This document shows, in pieces, positions 51,368 through 61,896 of a stretch of 64,000 nt of DNA. Source of the stretch: Fistulifera solaris (Eukaryota); contig AP026167.1 of assembly GCA_030295235.1 (NCBI GenBank), forward strand, positions 124,001-188,000, read 5' to 3'. The stretch's first letter is position 1; every line of letters starts with the position of its first letter. A program made the translations under genes and the position numbers. Below the pieces are notes generated by a model, which saw only the letters and a list, made by a program, of their open reading frames with translations, was not told where the DNA came from and searched no databases.

Positions 51368-51804
51368 ATGGTTGAGACGCGGTTTAATGTAGGAATGACT
51401 TGGTAAGCTTGTTCTCGTGGGCTGTTTCCTGTACTATTTGGCCTTGCCTCACCGACGCTCGTCGGGCTTGCAGCGAGGGTTGTGCGGCTGCCGTCAAGCG
51501 CATTTTGGGGAAAATTGAAGGTGCGTTGTGACTATCTCTCTGATTGCTTGCGTTACACATGTGTATTGATCACGCATGGCTGTTTTAATTCCAGGGGTCT
51601 CGGATATTGACACCGATGTCGCGAACAAGATTGTCATTGTACAAGCGGACGAGTCGGTGACTCCCGAAATGATGCTAGAGAAATTAGAGAAGGTAGGTGG
51701 TTTTAGGAAAAGCTGATATCGGTCCATTGCTGCCGATACTAAAGCGTTTTTACCAACAATAGTGGGGCCAAGCGGCAGGGAAGACCGTCGAGCTGTCTCC
51801 GTAA
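51368..51804 (+). CDS. ATX1: ATX1/Atox1-type copper chaperone (HMA domain), 73 aa; exons 51368-51402, 51474-51520, 51595-51692, 51763-51804
   Basis: Three GT-AG introns (71, 74, 70 nt) give MVETRFNVGMTCEGCAAAVKRILGKIEGVSDIDTDVANKIVIVQADESVTPEMMLEKLEKWGQAAGKTVELSP*, with MxCxxC and a terminal GK motif. Confidence 0.93.
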
Positions 51805-52343
51805 GAGGTTGGTAGTGAGACGACGACAATCACGACTTTTTGAATCAATGAAAATTGCAAAGAACAAAATTTATTGTAAAAGATAGGTGTCACAGTCTTG
51901 TCTGAGGCAGTAACGTTTCAATGAGCTTTATTAAAACGGAAAAGATATTTATGTCTTTCGAATTTCCGCATAATCCAGCAGCGTCAAGCTGTCGTTTCCT
52001 TCTGTCCTTAGCAATGAACTAGTACTGAAAATATAAGGAGAAGCTACATGAACATCACGATGTATACGTCAGGACGAAAGAATAGTTCAATTGCCCGGTA
52101 GTCCAGAAGCATGGCATAGGCCGCCCCGATCGTCTGTAAGGTTTACAATAACTTTGAATCCATTCGAGATCGTAACGCCAAACTTTAAATTAGCTAAGCA
52201 AATATCATTGGTGATAATAATATCTAGAAATTAAATGTTCATTATCAGCTTTAGCTTTGAACAATAATAAACTAAGGTGAGTAGGCGGCATCAACTTGAA
52301 TAAGGAATTTCTGTTTAGGGTTAACTATACTGGTAAGACAGTT

Positions 52344-54302
52344 TGCCTGAAAGCCTCTGGCGGCCCACGGAGCGTGGTCGTCTTGGGCCGCAAAATTGGG
52401 TTTGTTGGGCCTGAAGAAAAGTACAATACAGGCCTATACAAAACCATGATGGAGCCCAGGAACCGAAAATTATAGTACACAAAAGGTTATAGTGACTACT
52501 TATTGAATTTCATTTACCCCAGTACGTAGTTTACTCCCTCATCAATCATCAAGGTTCTTCATTCCTCTCCAATAATCTCCGCCATGAGAAGAAAGTCTTG
52601 TGACAAACCGTAGTCGACACTGCTGTCATCGCTTTTGCTATCGACTGCTTCGGTGACGTTCTTGTTTGCGGTGGAGGCTACAGAAGCAACTTCATGCTCC
52701 TCGGCATTGCTGACACCTTCTTCTCCCACCGTGTCATCCGCATCACCATTGACGCCAAACAGAGCTTCTTCAGCTTTCTTCGTAGTGAAAGGAGCCTCTG
52801 CTTCCCCATCAGAAGAAGTCGTTAGATCGATGTGATCGGGAGCACGGATGGTTGTGGCTCGGTTGCTTTTATAAGCAGTCACAACGACGTCCCACATACC
52901 GTTTTCAAGACGGGTGAGAGAACTCATCCCCATTTGCGGGCGATGGCCACAGGTGTTGCAACAGGGTGAGAAATGGAAAACCGTAGTCGTCTTTGGTGTA
53001 TCCAGATTTTCCTTTTTAAATGCGGCAAAGTTATATCCAACAACCCCAGTTTCTCTGAAAGGCAAAACTGGGTTGATGGGGAAAACATCGTCGACATAAG
53101 TCCACTAAAAGACTCGATCGTCTTTCACGGAAATAAGTTCAGTCGATTTCACAAATTTGACGGTTTCGTCTTCATATTCAACTTCCCAACCGGCATAGTC
53201 ATGATCTCTATCACGATTACTTGCAACAACATAGCCCGTACGCCTTGGAGCTCTGCGCTGTGGAACCTGACTACCTCCATCACTGCCTTGGTGCTTGGGC
53301 GGATTGCATTTCACATTTGACCCCATTTCAATGAGAGCTGCTTTTTTGGTCAAGTATCGATTCTATTTCTCTCTGTGCTTATCCTCCGCCGGTTGTTCTT
53401 CTGCAATAGCTCTAAAATTCCAAGTCATCTCCATCATCTTCACCCTCCTCGTCATCTGGACGATATGGTCAAAGATCTTCTTCATTTTCTAAGTCAGGAT
53501 CTTCCTCTTCATCCTCACTCTCATTATCTAAATCATTTCGTGTCTCGTGTTCTACCTCCTCTTCTGTGCCATCTTGGACTCCTGAAATTTCCTGTGAAAC
53601 GTTATCGTCGAATAGACTGGTCTCTGCTGCATCGCGGCTACCCTCCGATTCCTGAAAGCTCGGACTCGATGACGTTTCAGGCTGGGTGTGCCCAGCAACA
53701 AGAAATGTACTAACAGTTTCTTCTTTGTTGATCGCGTCTTCGTCATCCTCGCCAACTTCTTTCACAAGAGGATGAGAATCCTTATCTGTGACCTTCTTGA
53801 GTTGCTTTGATGAAGCCACTTGCGTTACGCCATTTCTTGTTCCGTCTGGATTGACAAATTCGACGAGCCATTTGCCTTTTCCTTTATCCAAGGAGCCGAC
53901 GATGATTACTGGAAGACAAGCTTTCTTTTTCATGAGGCAGGGATAGTCCTTCTTGAACGCAGCGTTCAGATCGGCGCGGCTAATGGCATCGTTTCCAGTT
54001 TCCATGCTTAAGTCATGTTTTATTTGTTATAAAAGAAAACCGGATCATGAGATGGAAATGAATCGGCGTTTTCATTTCGATTGAATAACGATTTTTTTTG
54101 CAGAAAAAAAACGGCGCCGCGTCGATCCGGCGACGATGGCGTTACAAAAGAAAGCACGTAGAGACCTACGTGCAATTCGTACTGGGCCTGTTCATAAGCC
54201 CATCGAGCCCTATAAGGCCCTGGGCCCCATAGGGTACATAAAGGTCTAGACTAAAAATGGAGCCCATCAAGCCCAGTAGTGGGCCGGTGGAGCTTTCAGG
54301 CA
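52344..54302 (-). mobile_element. Non-autonomous TIR DNA transposon with a broken ORF (54005..52559)
   Basis: Inverted ends TGCCTGAAAGC..GGCCCAC at 52344 and, reverse-complemented, at 54302. GGGCC/GCCC-rich subterminal regions. Fragmented ORF with an acidic tract and no visible DDE domain. TSD not identified. Confidence 0.65.
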
Positions 54303-54455
54303 GTAGACTCAGTCGTAACTGTACGCGATACATGAACGGAAAACACAATGATGTCTTCCGTACGATATTCGTCCGTCAGCAGCGGAGCAAACATTTTGAC
54401 TCAAAACACCGTTCTTGTGTATTGTAATCGCTATTCTCATCAATAAACAAACAAA

Positions 54456-55480
54456 ATGCAAAATTCAGAGCGTTCTATCTCTTCTCTGAGTCCCCAAAGT
54501 CATGAAGATTAGATGCGTGCAAGCGTGAACGACAAGCCCCGAAAGTAATCGTTTTCGGCGGTAGTTCAACCGCCCGTCGGTAGTCAGGATTATGATCTTT
54601 CGATTGATTGTGACGATTTCTTTCGCGAACAGAGTGCGACCTGATGACCTTTCTGAGTTTCCCCCGTCACTCATTGAGGAGGGCGGATGAAGTACGTCCG
54701 TCGAGCAAGAAGCCGGTGTCGATATTGCGTATGAAGCATCGACATGCTTGGCGTCCGCAAGCATCGCTGGTTTCCACCAGCGCCTCTGTCGGCGGTTGTC
54801 GCGGGCTCTGACGCAGACACGACGAAGTTATCCTTGTTCTCATTCTCGTAGTGTCACCTTTACACCACAGATTGTGAAGGGCATAAAGGAAATCCCCAAT
54901 CGTTACTCATTGACGAAGGAGGAGAAGGACAGCATGTACTGCGACCCACGGACATTGAACCTGGAGGGTGATAAGAGGTTTGTGGAGCGTGAGTTTGAAA
55001 ACAGTCGTTTTTGTCTGGATAATGTGGTGGAAGAAGATGAATTCTTTCGCACTCATCTTGGAGAATTGACCCATCCGGCTCAGTTGCGCGCTTACATGTT
55101 TAATGTTTTTAAACATCTTCCTGATGACACTCCAATAACCGGTTGCTCGCGAGGAATACTTGGCTTGTATGAAAAAGTACACTGCTGATTGGCACAGTGC
55201 TATTGCAGAGGGCCGCTTTCACCCTGACATGGCCGCGAAAGCTATCCAAGCCGTGGAAGCGGCGTCTCCGTCGTCGCCATCGTCGTGCAGCAAAGTCAAA
55301 GTCGGTAAGAGTCGCGCATGTTCGGAACTGACTCGTCTTCCACTTTCACTGCTAGCACCCTACTTGGCGTGCGTGTCTTTGGTAGTTGGTTCAGCCGGGC
55401 ATTGCGATTGCAACCGCTGCAAATTTTGCATTGGCTCTTCAACATCCACATCCACATCCACTTCTGAGACTGTTTGTTGA
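54456..55480 (+). CDS. SILK/RVxF-motif hypothetical protein, copy 3 (frameshifted)
   Basis: KPVSILR, RSVTFTPQIVKGIKEIPNRYSLTKEEKDSMY, HCDCNRCKFC..TSETVC*. Confidence 0.7.
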
Positions 55481-56325
55481 AATACCATATGGCGAATCGT
55501 TTGTTCTGTTTGACTGTTCTATTGTCCTTTAAATTGCGTTTTCTTTTCGTCCACTTCGTTCGTAAGCACAACCAAAATGCTTTGCTAAATGAATATGATC
55601 GAATGGAGCTGCGTTGCATCCATCTCATTCTCGCCATATTAATAAAATTTAAGAGTGTTAGATTCGTTTTCCGTAAACATTTTTCTTGATCATTTTGTAG
55701 TTTTTATTGTCGTTAATATTGCGTTGAGCAGATAAACGGCGAGATGGGGTATAACGAGAAACGACAAACGACATTCAAAAGATCTTTGCCGAGCCGCCGT
55801 ATAATGTTCCCCGTCTCTTCCTAAAAAAACACTGCTAGCAGGAAGGCGCCCCTTCGACTTCCACACTCATTCTTCTTTCAAACGGTCAACAATTTATGAG
55901 CTAGAGCTCAGGATGAGTTGTGGCGACTCCACACGGCGAAAGCATCTTATCAATCGCGTCGGTCGGTGACGATGCGATGCTGCTAGCTAGCATTTGACAA
56001 CAATTACGGTGAATCAAGCATCGCAGTACCTACAAAACACCAAAATTGAACCCAAGAATGATTTGTTGCTTCATTTACAACAAATCAAAGACCTGAAAGA
56101 CTTCAAATACGCTTTAAACTGATCACAATGAACGGCATCTTGCGAGAGCAACGAAAACATACAGTTGCCGTACGGAACCATACGGTACAGTACATCATGT
56201 ATTGTATAATTATGACCTACGTGGTTCTCGGTACACTCGCTACATCAGCGTATTTGTCACGTACAAATTTGTACCGCAGCAAACCTTATCCGCACAACTT
56301 TTGCTTTGAACCCAAAAATCACACC

Positions 56326-57956
56326 ATGGTGTCTTCTTGCTCTCAAAACAACGTTCTATCCTCTGATATGCATTCGCGCATAATCATGTATCACCTCCTA
56401 GTCGTCTTGGATGCCGCGACTTGGCGCAGACTGTCGCGCCTTGCACTCCACAGATGATTAGAACTCCAGTCCCCACGCATGCGTTCGACTGTCCGTCGTC
56501 TTCATTTGTTGACGCCGCAAACTGCCCCTCGTGACGATCAGGATCGTTTCATTCCGTCTCGTCGCCGCATGAATATGGATTTGTGTCATCGAAAGCTGAA
56601 TTCTGCGTCCAAGCCGTGTGAATTATTGTCCAGTGTCGCTTGCGCCGGTCCTCTTCCGCAGCTCGTTCAACAAAACTCGTGTACGAGAAGCAATTGCTGA
56701 GCACGTTGTGCAATGTTTCGACGAAGCGATCTTGATGACGAGCTTCAATTGAAGTCTCTTTTGAAGTACGGCTCTGTTTCCCCTTCCATGACAAGTAATC
56801 GTCGTCGCATCGTTGCTGCGGACCCTTTCGCGATGGACTTCGCGTGCCCTCCCAACCTTGACGGCCGACAAGGTCAATGTAACCGCCGCTCGTGTTATCC
56901 ATTCCCGTCCTGAAGTTGTTCTTGATGCACCGGATATTGTGAATGATTACTATACCCATCCACTCAGCTGGAGTAAGGACAATTTGCTTGCAGTGGCTTT
57001 GGGATTGTCTGTGTACGTCATGAACGAGTCTACTCGTGCCGTGCATGAGATTGCGGGCGTCGGTATCACACCTCTTGACGAAAACGAGACCTCCAATTAC
57101 GTTCGATCTGTCAAGTGGTGCACAATGGATGGTTTGACGCACCTGCTGGCAGTAGGAACGAGTGCAGGCGTTGTACGTGTGTGCGACCACGATCAGCAAC
57201 GAAGAAGTTGTCAATCCTACCTTGACCTCGGCAAGAAGCCCAGTGCGCGCCCTCTGCTGGAACGATTCTCGAAACTGGTTGACGGCTGGATGCGCGAACA
57301 GTGACATTGTGAATTTGGACTTGCGCTCTCGCTCCGTCCACGGGGATGACCGTGTCTGGACCAGCGGCGTCATCGCGTTTGTTGTCAATCTGCAATCTGG
57401 CCTGGAACGCCGATGGAACGTGCCTCGCAACCGGTCGAAATGATAATACAGCTCATCTTTGGGATGCTTCCATGATCAACAACGCCCGGACCTCGACTTG
57501 TATTGAAATCGCACGGCGGCTGTCAAGGGACTGGCCTGGTGTCCTTATCGGCGATATGCTCGCGACTGGCGGCGGAACTACAGATGGCTGCATCAAGCTC
57601 TGGAGTACTACTTCTGGGAAATTGTTGACGGTATCTACCGATAGTCAAGTTTCTTCTTTGATCTGGGGCCGGCATCATCAGGAGTTGTATTCCAGCCATG
57701 GCTTTTCGACCTCAAGCCCAAACAATGTGGTCGTTGCGTGGAGCTACCCAAAGGTGGAGCAGATCCAGTGCTTGTCTATGCACAAAGGCCGCATCTTGAC
57801 ACTGGATATGAGCCCCGATGGTTGCAAGCTCGCTTCCTTGGGGTCAGATGAGATGTTGTGCATTTGGAAGTTGATGCGTCTCCAATTCGATCTCGCCACG
57901 GTGGCAGTGGTGTTTGCGTTTCTCCATCATTTGGATCTCGTTTCGTCATCCGTTAA
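56326..57956 (+). CDS. CDC20: Cdc20/Fizzy APC/C activator, copy 3 (several frameshifts)
   Basis: DRFIPSR, VLDAPDIVNDYYTHPLSWSKDNLLAVALG, LATGGGTTDGCIKLW, SQVSSLIW, terminal FGSRFVIR*. Confidence 0.88.
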
Positions 57957-59439
57957 ATGTGATTTCAACCTACCTAGGTTCGTGTGTCCATTTGTATTTG
58001 CGCACAAGTGTTTATTGCCGGGAGTATTCTGAGAATGTAGTCGTTTGTGTTTATGTTCTTTAGTTTGTTGTTACGTGAATTCCAATTAGAATAATTGAAT
58101 AATGTTTGAAAATAATTCTGTTCGAACATTTATCTTATGATCCCATTTACTTAGTCAAGTGTTCTAGGCATTCGAAGATCATTCGATAAAAGTGTCACCT
58201 TCCTGCAAATATGCAGCTGGCGTAGTCCTTCCCTCGTCTTATGAGCTTTCAAGTATGACCGAAAATCGCTCCGTCAATCGTCATAGTTTTTGTTTTATTT
58301 GATATATTCAGATCTACCACTTTCAACCTCACTTAGAGGTGAGTATCCTCTGAGACAAAGGTGCGCTCATTTTCGGCAAGCTTATACTTAATCGTCTGCA
58401 CCATCAGTTTGACTGGAAAACAGTGTCGGTTTAATTATGGCTTTAATTACCTCTTGAGAATCTTGGGTTTCTTCTTGGCTTATACGATTGTCGGCGTTAG
58501 CGCACCACGAGTCAGGCAGTTAGGGCAGCAGTCGCGAATGAGATTATAAAGGCAGTAGCAGACTGTGAGGAAAACGACCCAGAAAACTAAGCCGACTCGA
58601 AATTTTTTAAGTCAGGATTCATGTAAGATAGCCAACTGGAGCCTTCAAATTGGCTTCCGCCGGAAAATGGCCGTTGATGGTATGGTAGTAGTTGATTGCA
58701 CAGCATTGCATCCTTGGGAAACCGTAGATGATTGAGATGAGCTTTTTGTACATGGAGGAAACATCACCAGAGATGGCCACAAACAAAATGCAGTTCCTAT
58801 TCTTTCCGTCTTTGGTGCACTGCCATGCGGAATTACTTAGCATGTTACAAAAGTCAAAATCGGCCAAATGAAGCGATTCACGTTGTAGGCTACAGTAATG
58901 GGACCATGTTGAATGGAAATATCAACTCGAAACTCGATTTAAAATGAGGTGCGATTCATCTGTCAATGAAGGAAAATTAAAGTTGTAGTTTGGCATGTTG
59001 TTCAGTTTTAAGTAATGGCTTCGTTGATGTTGTTCCAAGTCGGTGCATGCTTAACGTTCTGGATCTGAACCAATTGTGTGACAGTCTCGGCAGCCGCCAG
59101 TAATTGATGCACCCACTGAGCAACGACATGATAATGAAATGATTCGTTGGCAACTCCAAACTTTCTCCTTATGAAATTCACAGACGGTGGGGTGAAGTAG
59201 CTCCCCGATGGACGGCGTTATTCAATCCACAGGCCCGTCGAATTCACTGGGATGGGAAGGCTATTTACTCCCGCCAAAAGCTTAACTCCATCACTGTAAG
59301 GCTTTCCCATTGTGGGGAGACATTAAACATCGACAAATAACGGCATTGTTGTAGTCTGGTTCGCCCCACCCATATCAATGCCGGCTTGCTGATATGGACA
59401 TCTTGTTCCTTGTTCAATAACTACTGCATCTGAAACTTG

Positions 59440-59932
59440 AGCTGTTAGATAGAGAGGCACCGCAGTCTCGCATTGAGAATGTCTTTGAAGAAGTCGTGTT
59501 CTTTCGCAATCATTGTGGAGAGTTTGTCAATCCAATGCGTTACTTCCCGTACTCTCGTGGTGCTCTTTGGATTTCAGCGCATTCTGCCATGCCTGGCTGC
59601 GTGCTTTGCGTTTTGGAGAACTTTCTGATTTATTTTTGTCATGGTATGCGCTTCTTTATGACAGAGCCAAGTGGGACGGGCTGTTCCACTCGTCCCCGCA
59701 GTCCCTAGTCGGTGTGCGGTTTTTTGATGTTAGATTCAGCCCGACATCGCACTTGTCTTCTTTGCTCTTACACATCCACATCCAAGACTGTCTGTGGAGG
59801 TATGCGGTGCCGTATCGTTTGTCTCAAGTTGCCTCGCTCTCTAAAATGTGTTTGCCTTCGTTTGCTTCCCTTTCCACATGGTCAGCTGCAACGTAAGAAT
59901 GTATGATTGTGTTAAATTCGTTTTCCGTAAAC
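59440..59932 (+). pseudogene. 3' fragment plus downstream flank of a further SILK/RVxF-family paralog
   Basis: ENVFEEVVFFRNHCGEFVNP resembles DNVVEEDEFFRTHLGELTHP; TSTSKTVC present. Shares the flank GTGTTA.ATTCGTTTTCCGTAAACA with ~55655. Confidence 0.65.
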
Positions 59933-60260
59933 AATTGTGTTTTCCTTATTATCAGCACCAGTGGTCTATGAGGTATTTAATTGATGATTTTGATGAGTCG
60001 ATGGTGTGGTGATTAGTGCGATGAACAAAAAACAAGTTTTGATGAGACTATGACAAGTACCGGTACCGGTACCGCTTAAAGCGTCATTGCGTTACTTTTT
60101 CTTTTATGAGACGGTGCGATGCGGTACGGTACTCTTTCCGCACGGTCCCTATGTTGTCCGTCAGCAGCAGCGCCGCAGCAGCAGCAAAAATTTCACAAAC
60201 CTTGATGTTGCTGACTTGAGACTTACTATTGCCTATTGTGTCAACCAATTGTGACATCAA

Positions 60261-61432
60261 ATGCGAATCACAAACATTTCATCATCTTCTCAAACCCTTC
60301 GGAGACGCGGAATTGCGGTTTTCAAGCGAGTGCGAGCGAATCTGCGTCACCGCAGGTTGCCTACGTCTTACAAGTTCCCTATCGATTCGACGAAAGTGCA
60401 TGAAGAAAAGGACAATTTGCTGTTTGTTTCCGATGTGGCGACGTGGAAATTGACCAGAATGACTGCACTGACGAGTTGCGCTTGGGTCTTCTCGCCGATT
60501 GAGGACATGCCAACGCTTGAAGAAATGCGGTTATGGGCCGAGATCAGCGAAGGACTTGGACCAGAGGAAGCTCTTGCCGTGCGTTCTTGCAGTGTTAGCG
60601 TCTCGTCCTGGCGATGCGCGTAATGCGCTCGAATGTTTTGTTGTCATGCAAACGCCCGTCGCCGCCGTCGTCATTTATCAGCATTGCTTGTGGATTGGGG
60701 GTGCTGTGAAGAAGCTCGTCAAGCCAGCTTCCAATAAGCGCCGGCGAACGACGAGCGTGGAGCCTCAGCAGTCTGTGCCCCCTCCATTCCCAGCTGACAT
60801 CAAAAACGATGCCTTTGATATATTCGTTGCAAGTAATCTGTGTGTTGTTTCGCCTGCTGACGAAGATATTTACTAGTTGTCTGACGAAATGTTGTCTTGG
60901 GTGCATGTGAACGGGGGGACAGTGCTTCCAGCTGTGGCAGTGTCGACCAGTGCACTTGCTTATGACAATTCGAATCATCGTCGTTGCCATTGGCGTCCTC
61001 ATCCATTGCGAGTGATCGTTGTTCTCGTGTCAGCTTTGCCCCAGAGATTGTGTCTTCTGTCATCGAGATTCCCAGTCATCATTCGTTGACGGATGAAGAG
61101 AAGCAATGCCTGTACTATGACGTGAAAACATTGGAGTTGATGAAAGAGCGGGGCCGCTTGGAGCGCAGATTCGATCGCAGCGTTCGTCAGCGTTGAAAAT
61201 TCGTTGGATGAAAATAATTTCTTCCCGAAATCATCTTGGAGAGTCGGTCCATCCAGCACATTTCCGTTCTTACGTGGACGACGATCTTCCACACCTTTCT
61301 CGTGATACCATTATTCCCGGATACTCTTCGTTCGATAAGTACATGCGAGATGTGTACCGAGTACGAACATGTGTTTGCCATGCTCGTGCGGAAGAAGCGC
61401 TCCGGGTAAAGAAGTCGAAAAATGGTAGTTGA
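60261..61432 (+). CDS. Diverged SILK/RVxF-family paralog, copy 4 (frameshifts or stops; may be a pseudogene)
   Basis: SRVSFAPEIVSSVIEIPSHHSLTDEEKQCLYYD..RNHLGESVHPAHFRSY..DTIIPGYS. Same upstream GTCCGTCAGCAGC motif as the other copies. Confidence 0.65.
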
Positions 61433-61896
61433 GTCGCTTTCGTGAATCGTCGTTGAATTATGTAGCTCATTTTATTTCGTTCAAAACCTTTGATAATGTA
61501 GAATATTAAAAGTTTGGTGTCTGAAAAATCGATATCCCTTTTGGCGTACAATTTGTTCTCCTACTAGATTGGTCTACGGGTAGAGCGAAGTTTAGCTTTA
61601 GCTGCTTATAGAGTCAGTCGTATAGCTTTCTCTAATATCCATTGAAAGCCTCGTTTAGGTTTGATAATATGCGGAGTAGATCTCAGAGGGGGGATGAAGA
61701 ACGGCGAGGCATTTCTCGCAAAAATACAAGGCCCATCAAGCGGCGGGTGCCACATCGATACCTTCATGTTTTATGAGGCTGACGACGAGAAAATTTCTTT
61801 GACATAAAATAATAATTGTCTCTTTGGAGAGGTCGACCATCATATTAATGAATCAATTTTCGCCCTTATCGAGCAAACCAACCACTTGAGATTCCC

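Noticed and set aside
51494..51829. 111-aa minus-strand ORF
   Set aside because: Antisense shadow of the spliced ATX1 gene.
58540..59420. Possible decayed gene or transposon
   Set aside because: Stops in the frames I read and no identifiable motif.
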